DNA of 63,653 nt, counting the filler, from Rhabdomonas costata (lineage: Eukaryota), in NCBI GenBank assembly GCA_019059605.1. It is 49 parts of 49 records of this genome, joined end to end, with 100 filler letters (N's around TTAATTAATTAA, not from the genome) between each part and the next. Parts side by side here need not be neighbours in the genome. Positions count along the whole stretch, not along the records: positions 36,446 to 37,646 come from JAHMHO010023833.1; positions 37,747 to 38,947 come from JAHMHO010023834.1; positions 39,048 to 40,248 come from JAHMHO010023835.1; positions 40,349 to 41,543 come from JAHMHO010023836.1; positions 41,644 to 42,845 come from JAHMHO010023837.1; positions 42,946 to 44,146 come from JAHMHO010023838.1; positions 44,247 to 45,442 come from JAHMHO010023839.1; positions 45,543 to 46,743 come from JAHMHO010023840.1; 41 more parts are not named here. The stretch is one strand, 5' to 3'. The stretch's first letter is position 1, and every line of letters begins with the position of its first letter. The position numbers and the translations under genes are program-made. The notes below the pieces were generated by a model. It made no database searches. It worked only from the letters and a program-made list of their open reading frames with translations, and had not been told where the DNA came from. Below are positions 36,950 through 49,340 of the stretch, piece after piece.

Positions 36950-37646
36950 TGATGGGGTCGGGGCCCCATGTAGACTCCCAAACTTTTCGGCCTGGCCCCG
37001 AAGCATAAACCACAGCTTGTCTACGCAAGTAGTGGCCAAAACAACTCGGAAACAATCGTGTGCGCCCTAACTGGGCTGAACGATGTTATGGATTGGTGCT
37101 GCTGTGCCTGGGTTTGGTTGCGCGCCGCGCCTCTCTGCAACAGCGCCAGCAGTGTATGGCGGCCATGTTGTTAACGCGGGCCGGCCGTCATGGCACAAAA
37201 CGTCTCGTTTCAAAGCCCGTCTTTCATGCACCAGGTATTTTTCGCTGGAGGACGGTGCGGTACGGTAGACCACTAAGCCGTGCAAGGTGGATCTTTTGCA
37301 ATGCCTTCAACCAAGTCAGTCGCCAGGCCTTCTGCCAGCCCCTTGCCGACATCGACCCACTGTTGGACGCCTGGTCCCGCTAGTCTCTCTCGGCTGCAGT
37401 GCCGATAGTCAGTGGAGGCTTCACTTTTAGAGCCACCACGGGAGAGCTGCACCTAACTGTGGGCGTCGCTGACATTTGGTTCCAACCACGGCACGGCGGG
37501 GCCCAAGATTCTTTAGACAAGGCACACCACCACAAGGATAAGCGATACCAGCAGCGATGCCAGGACGCAGGATGGAGTTACTCCGTGTGGGACGCGGACA
37601 GGCATGGCGGATTACACCCCCAGGCCATCTCTTTTACACAAACCCC
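36950..37646 (+). mobile_element. Decayed CRE/SLACS-like (RLE) non-LTR retrotransposon 3' region
   Basis: Frameshifted remnants LWIGAAV..VYGGHVV (CCHC knuckle-like) and HHHKDKRYQQRCQDAGWSY...DRHGGLHPQA (RLE C-terminal K..KY..C..G pattern). Nucleotide-level paralogue at 47629-47711. Confidence 0.55.
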
Positions 37647-37749
37647 NNNNNNNNNNNNNNNNNNNNNNNNNNNNNNNNNNNNNNNNNNNNTTAATTAATT
37701 AANNNNNNNNNNNNNNNNNNNNNNNNNNNNNNNNNNNNNNNNNNNNGGG

Positions 37750-37840
37750 GTTTTGTTGGCTCACAAAGACAACGAAAGGGGATGAGATACACAATGGTAC
37801 CTTGATAGTGGTGCGAGCAACCATATGTGCGGACGAAAAA
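37750..37840 (+). mobile_element. Ty1/copia retrotransposon aspartic protease fragment
   Basis: VLLAHKDNERG*DTQWYLDSGASNHMCGRK contains the canonical copia protease WxLDSGASxHM motif. Confidence 0.85.
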
Positions 37841-38925
37841 CCAGTTGCACAATTTCTTTTTCTCCTTTCGATCTAGAGTGTACTTTGCCGGTGGTAATTT
37901 TGTTTTTTTCCCACCCCCTCCTCGGGATGCAAAATGCTTCTAATATTCATCTCTTTGAGATCCAATCGAGATTTTATTCCGTCTTTCGATTTATTTGGAT
38001 CATCAAGAAGTGTACCAATAAGCGATTCGCAAACATTTTTCTCGATGTGCATAACATCCAGACAATGCCGGACGTAGTGTGTCTTCCAATAAGGAAGGTC
38101 GTAGAAAATCGATTTCTTCTTCCAAGGATTCTCTTTGAACGATTCTTTAGTACTAGCACTCCGCTTTCTTTTCCCAAGAACTTCATTGACGTTTTTAACC
38201 ATCTCATAGACATCTTCACCAAACAAAATTCTAGGAGGGGGTCGTTCTTCTGAATTTCCATCAAACGCTTGTTTCAATCTTCTATACGAGTGATCTCTTG
38301 GTAAGAATCTTCTATGACCAAGAAAAATAGTTTTCTTACCATGCTTCAAACGGATGGAAGATGTGTCTTTCATACAAATAGGACAACCAATCGAGCATTT
38401 CACAGAATATCCTGACAAATTTCCATAGGCCGGAAAGTCGTTAATAGTCCACAATAACATTGCCCGTAAGTTGAAAGAATCTCCACGATAAGCGTCTTTA
38501 ACCTCATAGCCCTTATCCCATAACATCTTCAAATCATCAACAAGCGGTGCCAAATAAACATCGATATCATTACCTGGTTGACTCGGTCCTGATATCAGAA
38601 GCGTTAACATCAAGAACTTTCTCTTCATACAGAGTTTTGGAGGGAGATTGTAGTTCACAAATATAACCGGCCAAACACTGTATTTACTGCTCATCATGCT
38701 AAACGGGTTCATACCATCAGTTGCTAAACCAAGATGAAGATTTCGGGGATCAGCACTTAAATCCTTATACTCAAAATCAAAGGATTTCCATTGGGCAGCA
38801 TCGGCAGGATGTCTGAGAACACCATCATTGACACGTTTTTCGGAGTGCCAAACCATGTTCTTCGCGTGTTTGACACTATTAAACATTCGTCGGAAGCGTG
38901 GCATTGGAGGAATGTACCATAACGA
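37840..38925 (-). mobile_element. CACTA (En/Spm) transposase, Transposase_21/TnpD region, angiosperm-like, frameshifted near 37900
   Basis: LRHPADAAQW, DPRNLHLGLATDGMNPF, YNLPPKLCMKRKF, GPSQPGNDIDVYLAPL, TINDFPAYGNLSG, VRHCLDVMHIEKNV. Homology continues in a shifted frame (KLPPAKYTLDRKEK). Confidence 0.95.
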
Positions 38926-41643
38926 CTGTAATCATAAAAAAACAACANNNNNNNNNNNNNNNNNNNNNNNNNNNNNNNNNNNNNNNNNNNNTTAATTAAT
39001 TAANNNNNNNNNNNNNNNNNNNNNNNNNNNNNNNNNNNNNNNNNNNNGGTGGGGGTGGTACCCTTGAGATGAGTTGGTTGGCCGCTTCGCGAAAAATGAC
39101 TCCTCTACACCGAGATATGCCTCCTTCAAGGTCCCATTTTGGCACTTTTAAGGGCACTTTCGACGTATAATTTCAAGGGCCTGGGGTGAACTTTTTGGCC
39201 CTTTGCAGGCCTGCATACTGAGCCTAAGCTTTCGGCCGGGGCTGATTAGCATATCTAAGGGTAGAGCCCAGGAGTACTTCATGCTGGTACCGGAGTGGGC
39301 CGGAATGCTATGGTTTGAGCCACGCTAGAGGCCATTTCAGGGTCATTTTTGTGTTTTTGAGCCCTTATTGCCTTTACGCAGGCTTGGAAGGATCGTTTTT
39401 GTCACGTTGCTTTACCTTGGGCTTGGGTTTGGATAAGAGAAAGAACTGCAGGCTGGCACACCGTCCGCCCACCTGCACGCCGGTGTGCCAGCACTGATTT
39501 TTCTATTGTTTTGAATATCACCATGACCATAATTATTTTTCCGTTGGGTTCGTTTTACACTGACAATGTGCTATTAGTCTTTCCCCGCATCCGAAGTTAT
39601 ATCCCGTCTTATCCCCGTGAAGCCGATGGCAGCGCCGTTTTACTGCCCCCGAAGCTGGCGCCGCGCTCCGCGTCCTGCAGGAGGTCGCCGCAAGGCAGCG
39701 AGGCGTGAGGAGGGCAGTCGTGGGTAGTTCCACCCAGGGGATGCCGTCCGGCTGGCCAGCAAGGGGGCAAGGGAATGCTCGGCCCGGCACCACCCCTCGC
39801 ATCGGTAGGAAGGCAGTGGACCGGCACAGAGGCCACCGCCTCACCGAAAGACGGCGGGCCGCCGCCGCTGCTGGTCTCTGTCATACACATACACACAGGC
39901 ACAAACCCGTAGGCACACGGCGGGCTGAACTAACACTTGTCAAAAAGCCGGCAAAGATGGCGACGGACAAGTCGACAAAGGCCTTGAAAGGCCCAAAATG
40001 GAACTGTCAGATGCCATAACTGCGCGTAGAGATGCATCCAGAGGCTGCGAAGCTGCCAGTAAACTTAACTCGGGAAAATTACATTATTAGTACTATCCCG
40101 CAGATTCGAATGGAGAAGTTTTGAGAGATGAGCATGGACCCAACCGGCCCCAGTCTTGGTCAAGTTATGACAACCGCGCCAGGTCCTCGGGCTCCAGTCC
40201 ATGGGGATCCGAGTACATCTGCCCCCAGCAACCAACCACACCCAACACNNNNNNNNNNNNNNNNNNNNNNNNNNNNNNNNNNNNNNNNNNNNTTAATTAA
40301 TTAANNNNNNNNNNNNNNNNNNNNNNNNNNNNNNNNNNNNNNNNNNNNGGGGGGTGGGTGCCTCGCTCAGCACACTGACATGGGACAAAACCCGGCGTAA
40401 AATTTCACTTCGCTGGTGAATATCTCTCGTTGAAATGTCTTTGTCTCTTGAAAGCTTTTGCATGGCTCCTGTTTTTTTTTCATGCAGTTCTGCAGCTCCC
40501 CAGCCGCGGGGATAACCCAGCCCCCCGCCCTTAGCGGGACATTGTTGGCCCTTGTGCTTGTGCACCCATGCAGCCCGCAGCCCACAATCTCAGCGGCGAG
40601 GAATGCATAGCAGAGCACACTACCAAAGCTTGTGACAAGAAGCCTGTTAACAATATGGTACGTGGCCACACTGATTTGGCGTGGTTAGGACTCTATTACA
40701 CCAGCAGCTGCGGGGGTCATGTCAAAAGTGAGAGTGACAGAACCGGTACTTCTGCAAAAATTGACCACGTAACCCCGAAGGCAAGAAACCCCGAAAGGGG
40801 GCTTAAAAATTCCGTAAACACCCCGTAAAGTCGCCTGCAATGAGAGATAACCATGTTATTAAGTCGCCTTCTCAGTGGGCTTTTTGTGAAGAAACCTGTT
40901 CCCCAACAATCATGCTATTCAAATGCACCATTTCCATTTCAAATGCAACAGGAATTCCACAGCACACTATTTATATCGCTTGAAGGATAAAAATGCCCCC
41001 TTCAGAGTAAATATCAAAACTCTCCCTTTACGGTGGCGCGGAGAACATGTCAACATGTCGTGGCTCAGATCAGATTACCCCAGCCATTACCGCCCGTTCA
41101 CTATTTGACGACACTGTCGGAAAAGCGGTGAGATGAGCGAGGGCATGGGGGGATGTTGCGGAGGAGGCCTCAGGGAACTCACAGGCCGAGGTGTGAGCTA
41201 GCCGGAGCACCGAAGAGTCGAACTCCGGAACCCAGTCATACCCCGAGGAAGGCACCACAGGAACCCGCACCTAGATGTTGATATGGCCAACGTCACCTCA
41301 AAAGTGTGGGGGTAAGAATAGAGGATCAAAGGAGAGTTCGCAAAACATGCACAACTGATGTTCAGAGAGAACCCAGTTTTTTTCACCCTCTCATTTTTGC
41401 ATCTAAGTCCGAAAACTCCTGACACGGTGCATACTTTTGGAAAATGCGACTTTTGGAAATGAAACGGAAAATATCAAATGAGTGGGAAAGAACTCTCACT
41501 TCATTGGGGGTAGAGCCTGTTTGCTGCACCCCCCCCCCCGGGANNNNNNNNNNNNNNNNNNNNNNNNNNNNNNNNNNNNNNNNNNNNTTAATTAATTAAN
41601 NNNNNNNNNNNNNNNNNNNNNNNNNNNNNNNNNNNNNNNNNNN

Positions 41644-42827
41644 CTCCTCAGAAACGCCTTAGTCTGGAAATCCATCGCCCTATGTGGATGGGTCTTCAAA
41701 CCATGCAAACACATGAAACGCCTCTCAACATCGTACTTGGTCTGTGGAGGAAGATGGTACTGATCTGGAAGGATATGGAGTCTTCATGACAAGATATCCA
41801 CTGGAACCAACCAGCGCAAAGCCTCCCAATACTCTGCATCCTTAGTTATGGGCAAAGCTCCATCTGGAAGTGGTCTGCTATCACTCTCCTTCACCACTGG
41901 GTCTGAATCTGGAACTGTGGATGGTTTGGGCTTTGCAACCGCTTCACTGGGTACTGTGGATGACCTCGAGGGTCCGGTCTGTGTAACTGTGGAAGAAGTG
42001 GCTGGTGTGGTGGCTACTCACCCTGGTCCATCCGTCTGCATGGCTTCCTTTCCACCACTTCCCCAACCCCAACTTACCTCTGCATGGTCGCAAACCACTA
42101 CAGTCCGAGTCTTCACACCAACGTTCTGAAGAGCTCCCGCATATGTGGATGTGGGCGACGGTCTGTTGCCTGTGGGAATCCCTTCAATCGGGGTCGTCTG
42201 GCTTGGTTTAGTTTTGGGAAACTTAGCCGCCGGTATGGAACTAGTCCCTGTACACGTATGATCGTAGACTGCACCAGGGGCCTCGCTACGCTCCATCTTG
42301 GTTTCCGTAACCGGATGCTGTACCAACGCTGGACTCAACTTTGGAACTGCCTCTGGAGCCACCTTGGGAACTGCACTTTCTGTGGAAGTCGATGGCGTGG
42401 CTCTGGCCACCCCTGTCATTGTGGTTCCCGTCCCTTGCTGTGCATTACCTCCTCTGGGATGTTCCACCAACGGTCCCCTACACATCTTCAGCTGTCGCAA
42501 AATCTCACCCAACGTATCTGCAACTGGTGGCTGTGGAAGGGGCTTCGGGTCTCGAGGGACATACTTCACCCACTGTCTCGTCTCTGGAAGCTGGGGCAAC
42601 AACTCTCTTGAAACAAACTTCCTCCTCAGAACCTCATTAAGCAACCACTCAATATTCTCCCGTTCTGAAATCAGAACCAATCCCTCAATCTGTTCAAGCA
42701 CCTCCATCACATACGTCACCATGGCATGATCCTCCAACACTGGTGAAATGGTGCGCAGGGTCGGTAACTGTTGAGATCCATGGGCAACCATCCTCCACTC
42801 GTTCAACTCCTGCATAGCCTTAGCCAT
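41644..42827 (-). pseudogene. Long intronless retroelement-like ORF with in-frame stops (probable RLE/CRE-like LINE N-terminal region)
   Basis: The 269-aa ORF continues in the same frame past TGA stops to the contig end (..YWEALRWLVPVDILS*RLHILP..); contains a STYAGAL motif and no introns. Confidence 0.45.
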
Positions 42828-44291
42828 CTCAACTCACCACAACAANNNNNNNNNNNNNNNNNNNNNNNNNNNNNNNNNNNNNNNNNNNNTTAATTAATTA
42901 ANNNNNNNNNNNNNNNNNNNNNNNNNNNNNNNNNNNNNNNNNNNNGGGGTTTGGTATAATGACAAAGGTTCACCGACGGATGGATGGCCTGCAATCAGAG
43001 TTCGCCCAGAGTTCAATGGCATGGCAAGGGCAAGGGCAAGGGCAAGAGTTCAACAGCACGGCAAACATGGCAATGGGTCCCTTTATAACCGAGGCAACCA
43101 TTCGCACAAGGCAACTCATATTCGTTTCTGTTTTGCCCCTATTCGAAGTGGTGGCGTGTTAGTTGACAATCTGGTGTTGGGAGCTGATCAGGGACGTGCA
43201 GCAAAGTTGTTTTAACAGGTACTGAAGCAAAATACGTCACCACTATGGCTTGAATCAACCTTCCTCCCAGATCCCAGATGAGCCTCATGCACTCGCTGCC
43301 CAACGTTTCCTCGTATCTTTGGAGACGCCACCGCTGGCACTGGAATAGCAACAGAATTAACTTATCCTCAGCAGCCGTGTAACTGAGTGCCACACAAGAT
43401 GTCCCTCAAACGTAAAAAGGCGTAGTCTTGAACCTGTATGTGTGTGTATGTTGTCGTGGCAAGAAGGCAAAATGGCGCGAAATTGGGGAAAATCGTGTTA
43501 GCACATGAGCAAGCAGCCGCAATGGCTTCCCAGGCTTTCGCGCCATAATAGTATATTGGGACGCGCTCGTTGCGGCTTCACGAAGGGTGGAACCAGAGTC
43601 ACTCCTGTACCCTTACCTCCACATCAAAACAGGCAGCATGCCCAGCCCAGAAGTATGTACCCCAGTAAGCCCAAAGCATGGACTTGGATCGCACCCCCCT
43701 CCTTCCCAAATTCCAGCGGTGGCAGCTACTCACTGTGCGCAGGAGCTGGGCGCAAGCCACAGCCACTCCTCCACAAAGGCCGTAAAGAAGCCCACGGCGA
43801 GCCACAGGTTGACCGAAACGTGCTGATGGGCCTCACACTCCCGTACCTGGTGCACAAGTTCCTGAGCACCCAACCCCCACTCCCAGACAACAAGGTCCAA
43901 AATACATCCTGGTACCACAGCAAAGCCACCGGAAAGGTATCAATGATAGTTTAGTACATAAAAAGGATTAGAAAGCACAAAGTATATATCTCATAGCAAT
44001 TGGCACAGCATCGAATAGCAGTGGAGATTGGAAGATCCAAATACACAAAGGACAGTCTTTCGCGGGGCATCGGCGAACATGCTGTGACAATAATTTGGCG
44101 CTAGTACCAGCCACCCAGACAAGGACCCCCCCCTTACACAAACAAANNNNNNNNNNNNNNNNNNNNNNNNNNNNNNNNNNNNNNNNNNNNTTAATTAATT
44201 AANNNNNNNNNNNNNNNNNNNNNNNNNNNNNNNNNNNNNNNNNNNNTGTGTTGGGTTGAACAAGCTGTTGGGGTAAGGACCTTAGCGGGCA

Positions 44292-45060
44292 CTATGGAGC
44301 CCCCTCGTAAACGCTGGCATTGCCGGAACCGGTGAGGCAGATCGCTCTGATCACCCTCCGGATCTTCTGCTTCAGCTGTCCAATGGAGCGCACTGGAAGT
44401 TCATAGACAAGGTTTTTGGCGTGCCCCCAGTGGAAAAAGTCGTTGAACTGGAAGTCGGGCGACCTTGGTGGCCATGGCACGCTACCTCCCTTTGAGATCA
44501 TCTGCTCAGGAAATTTTTCCACAGCGTGTATCAAGCACAAGGTGGGCAAGGTGAGCTGAGGCTCCATTCTGCTGATACCACACGGCTCATTGTGGTGTGC
44601 CCAGCTGATGAGGGTAGGGAACGCTTTGGCCAAGAGAAGCTCGTGATATCGATTTGTGTTCACCGCAACAGGGTGACGACCTTCTTCAAAGAAGAAAGGT
44701 CCAATTGTATCACGAGCACTGTGAGAAAGGGCGATCCTTACTCCAGTCCCAAATGGCAAGAGGGTTCTCCAATCCCCATACTCTACAGTTCTGTTTGTTC
44801 ACATTCCGGTCAGGGTGAAATGCAGTCTCATCGGTCATGGCCGAAGGCGCCGCACAAGCTGCAGGTGCAGCAGGGAAATAGCCCAAGTAGTGCCTTAGTA
44901 ATTCCTGGTTTGTGCTTCTTGGAATGCTCGTGCGAGCCTCCAACCGGGTCAGGAGATTCCGACCTTCCACCCTCGGCCGTTTGTGGTGCCCCTTGGCGGC
45001 TCTTTCATATCCCTTTTGCGCCGCTTGTTGCACCACGGAGCTTGGGGTTTACGACAGCGC
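44292..45060 (-). mobile_element. Degenerate IS630-Tc1-mariner transposase, DD41D (rosa/VS)-type
   Basis: Across three frames: TDETAFH..NVNKQNCRVWG.ENP, IGPFFFE..VAVNTNRY, WYQQNGASAH, WPPRSPDFQFNDFFHWG. After repairing one frameshift, 41 residues separate the 2nd and 3rd catalytic positions. Confidence 0.85.
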
Positions 45061-45726
45061 AAGTACTCACCCTCAAGTGACCATAAGGCTTAACAACTCA
45101 CAGAGCCTGTGGGCAGGTCGTTGTTCGATAATGCGCTCGAGGGTATTTTAGAAATGTTCGACATCGACAGAGCCCAGGCCATGGAAAAAACACCTGACGG
45201 GACTCCTCGCATCAAGCGGGTAACGCAGCATATCCTCAGACTCGCCCTTGCGAGCGACAGCGTGAGGATCCTGCAGTCGGCCCAACGCCCCATGGAGTGT
45301 CTTTTGGAGTGTCCCGCCACCACCGCTGCGGGTTGAGTTCCCTCCTCAACTTGCAACTATCCAACGCCATGACGACGATGCATCTCCTTGGACAAGTTTT
45401 GGCCAGTGATGGCTGATTTACTGGCATTTAGAATCAGCCCATNNNNNNNNNNNNNNNNNNNNNNNNNNNNNNNNNNNNNNNNNNNNTTAATTAATTAANN
45501 NNNNNNNNNNNNNNNNNNNNNNNNNNNNNNNNNNNNNNNNNNGTGTTTTGTGACTTGCAATATTGCCGCGCAAGAATCCTCTCGCCTCTCGCCGAATGCG
45601 CAGACGTCGAAAGACTGTCTCCTCGCCAACATTGCAAGTCACAAAATGATTCAACATACGCTCGAAAGCATGTATAAAGGGCACTGGGTGGACCGGAAAG
45701 CAGTGAGAGTGTAGCAAACGCAGTAC

Positions 45727-46660
45727 CTGGGCAATGGTGTTTGCCATAATCTTCCCAAAGCCAAAATCCCTGAAAAAAAAAAAGAGTGGAGCAGAGCCAT
45801 TTCGGCAAAGGGCAGGCAAACGTTCCGAGAGGCTCGAATTTCACAAAAGTGGCACCAGAGGCAGAACAACAGCCCACAAAAGATTTCAATTTCTCATATG
45901 CAAAACGATGTGCTTTCGGAACTCGGAAAGGCAGGAAGGCAGGAAGAAAGACAGATAATACAAAACCACTGGAAAAGGACACCTCCCCTCGTTGTCCGCC
46001 TTTGGTTTGGGTTACAGGGACAATGTTTATGTTTGTTGCTCCTCATTGGTGTATTATGCATCACATCAATTAGGAAAAGGTTTCCGCACAAACCATTACC
46101 GCCGCATCACAATCAGTGTCGTCAAGTTGTATGGTTGTATGGTGATGGGCATTTCGATGTTAGTGATGAGCTAGCAAAAGAAAGCAGTTTGACCCGATTT
46201 TCACGGCGTTCTCCTTCGTCAGGAAGATATTCGCGGATTTCTACGAAAACAGATACACAGGCTCAGATAAGAGCAAGTGCAAAGAAAAATGGAATGCAAC
46301 ACATGACTGGGCGAAAGGCTCCAAAAAGTGCAGAAACTCGCTCCAACAGATTCCTCTTTCCGCACAGAAATTCCGAGGACTCGTTCGACCGAAAGAATTC
46401 CGAGCTTTGTAAAGAACACCTTATGCATGATAAACCCTTGGAAACCCTTGGCCACTCTTCACTGCCTCAAACCCCACAAGCCACTTCACCCGCGCGGGTG
46501 GGGAGGGGGCGCACCAAGTCTCGGTGAAGGATCTTGTTCTCGTGCATGTGCTTCACGGCGAGCGCCATCTGGATGAACCATGTCATGATCTGGTCTTCCG
46601 AAAACCGAGCCCCTCCAGGGTCCTTCTTCTGCAACTGAATCTTCTGTAGGAGATCTCCAC
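45727..46660 (-). CDS. NIMA-related (NEK) protein kinase, three internal exons
   Basis: Exons 46515-46660, 46194-46240 and 45727-45769 splice in frame: GGDLLQKIQLQKKDPGGARFSEDQIMTWFIQMALAVKHMHENKILHRDL|KSANIFLTKENAVKIG|DFGFGKIMANTIAQ. Confidence 0.9.
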
Positions 46661-47129
46661 CTGCATCGGCATCCATTCATTCCACCTGATCTTCAACGTT
46701 CAAACCCCCTTCCCAGATCCCCAGGATACTTAACAACACACACNNNNNNNNNNNNNNNNNNNNNNNNNNNNNNNNNNNNNNNNNNNNTTAATTAATTAAN
46801 NNNNNNNNNNNNNNNNNNNNNNNNNNNNNNNNNNNNNNNNNNNGCGCCTATATAGTGACGACCCCGCACCCCGAGCCTCAGTCCACTAAAGCTGTTCCTT
46901 GTGCCCGCTGTGCTCGTTGCTTGACCTTCTGTTGTGGCGATGCGGCGCTTGCAGTTGGTTTCTGACAAAATACTCCCCTTCACCGTTAATTCAGTACCAC
47001 CATCACAACCTGCTTGGGATTATTTTCTGTTTCCTGGGATTTGTGTCTGTCCCTTGTAACCGCTGTCACGGGTTGCTAGAGACTGGAAGCGTCGTTGCAC
47101 ACAAGCAGCCCAAGGCAAAAGACTTGGAG

Positions 47130-47711
47130 GCGATAAATGTAGGGACAATATCGTGGAGATGGGAAGCAGTACGCAGTGTCCATACGATCCACCAGACAGT
47201 CCGATTCCTCGCCCTCTAATTGGCCGCCACGAGTCCCAGCAGGGCAGCCGTCATCCGATGGCGGTGCTCCTTTTCACGGCCCGGTCGGGTACCGTGCCAC
47301 GCTCGAATAATCCATTTACTTCCCAGATGTGCTGTCCAAGCCTTTCCCCGGAAACTGCCCGGCACCGCTTCCCGAACACCTTTGGCACGCATTGGGGGCC
47401 GCCAGGCCAAACCTTTTCCCACCAGCGGGCTGTTGACAAATAGCATTCAAAAACTTCCCGAAAAAATTCTACGAGAGGCTTTTGTTCAGTACCGCAATAT
47501 GATGAACTATGACTTTTTGACTGCCGCTACTGCTGGCTTTTTTGCTTCTATTTTTCTCCATCCCTTTTGTCCCTTCTTCTGGCCAACTCTCTTTTCCAGC
47601 GCGCCTTGTTTCCGCTCATGCCCTCCTGCACAAGGATAGGCGGTACCTGCCGGGACGCCGGATCGAGTTACTCCGTGCGGATCGCGGACACGCCCGGCGG
47701 TTTAAACCCCC
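47130..47711 (+). mobile_element. Second decayed copy of the same RLE non-LTR family
   Basis: 47629-47711 aligns by eye to 37531-37621 with one 9-nt deletion. Confidence 0.55.
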
Positions 47712-48675
47712 GCCGTAACGGCTCAGCATATGTAGGAAGAACGTTTTGTAGTCGAAAAAAAGATCAGCTTGGTGAGCCAGACAAGATTTTCGTAGTAGCT
47801 TGGAAGTTTGGTTAGTCGCAGTAGTATCGTTTAAAGAAAAGAGATCAGTTGAAGGTGTTCAAGAAATTCGCAAATCTGTGCGCGAGCAGTAGAAAAGCGA
47901 GTTAGCAGCAGCAGGCAGTTCGTAAGGACAGCTTTTTGGAGAAGGCAGTGATGCAGAGCAAAGGCCAGTGGAGAAGCGAGTGTGGAAAGCAGGTTTATCA
48001 AAGGAGAGGTTCAGAAAGAGAGTTTTAGGAGCAGAGGCGGTCAANNNNNNNNNNNNNNNNNNNNNNNNNNNNNNNNNNNNNNNNNNNNTTAATTAATTAA
48101 NNNNNNNNNNNNNNNNNNNNNNNNNNNNNNNNNNNNNNNNNNNNGAACTTCTCAAGACCCCAGCGGGTGGACCCCCACCCCACAAACACAAGTAGGGACG
48201 GGCTGTACAGTTTTGGGGTTTGGGGTTGCGCAAGCAAGGCTGGAGAGTGTTCTTTTGTGTATGAGCCTGTGTCATACACATAGGCTACCAAAGGGCTTGT
48301 ATATCTCCCCCCCCCCAAAAAAAAAGAAAAACGCACACAACGGTCACTTCTCCACCTTTGCTTGTTTTGCGGGTCGTTCTGCGTTGTGTTTTTCCTCTCT
48401 TGCTTCCTTTTTTGTCGTGCCAATGAACCTGGACCTTGTTGACCTAGTAAATCTGCGTTTCGTTTTCTTTTCGTCTTCGTGTTTTTTTGTCATACACAGT
48501 GCACCTGTCTTCTTGCTTGCTGGGTACAATAGTTATACCAGCTCTTTTTGCTTGGTATGTTGCCTCTCTCTGCATTCGACGTTTTGACTTCTGGGTGCGG
48601 CTTCGGCTAGTTTCCATCCTCTTGGGGGGATTTTTTGCAGGAGCTGAACGGCATTCGCTTCGGGGACCTTGACAG

Positions 48676-48855
48676 CCTCCCTATGGGGTCCACTCTGAGG
48701 AGTGGCGGCTGAACCTGAACCACAACAACTTCGCCGTGTGGGGGCGCCCCTGCGTGGCGCCAGGCTCGGCGGCGCAGGTGCTGTGCAAGCACGACCGGTG
48801 GGTGGCTGGACCCACCCTGCAGCGCTGGCGGCGGCTGTGCAACGTGAACCCTAAG
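48676..48855 (+). CDS. Hypothetical protein exon (PPYGVHSEEWRLNLNHNNFAVWGRP...)
   Basis: 180-nt GC3-rich open frame between CAG and AAG|GTAGG. Confidence 0.45.
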
Positions 48856-49150
48856 GTAGGTATTGTCCACGTTCCTTGAGAGAGTCGCAATTTTTGCCAA
48901 GGAGGTTTTGGTGACGATTTTCTCTCCAGTATTGCTGTGCGCGTGTGGATGCTCCCCCATTTCCTCTTTTCTGCTGTGCCATAGGACGAATAAAAAGCGA
49001 GATTGGAAAACGGATAGGGAACCCTGCCGTGCTTTGTATTGCAGAAGTTCTGTCCAGTGCTTCTATGTTTCTTCAGAAACTGCTTTGCCATTTTTCTCGT
49101 CAGATGACTTGGTCCATTGCATCTGCAAATCATTGAGTGTTTGGATCCGC

Positions 49151-49340
49151 GGGTGTCATTTCCGAAGTTTTTCGTGGGTGTGGGTGTATATGCGCATTTG
49201 TGTTGTGTGAACTGTTTTGAGTAAAATAATAATACTTTGCCTACCTGTAGGAAATGTATTATTATTTTACTCAAAACAGTTCACACAACACAAATGCGCA
49301 TATACACCCACACCCACGAAAAACTTCGGAAATGACACCC
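49151..49340. repeat. Perfect 85-bp inverted repeat at contig end (fold-back)
   Basis: 49151-49235 is the exact reverse complement of 49256-49340; the centre holds a CCTAC-ct-GTAGG mini-hairpin. Confidence 0.95.

Noticed and set aside
49151-49340. 85-bp perfect palindrome as a miRNA-like hairpin or hairpin telomere
   Set aside because: Zero mismatches, located at the contig end and centred on a small self-priming hairpin; typical WGA fold-back chimera.
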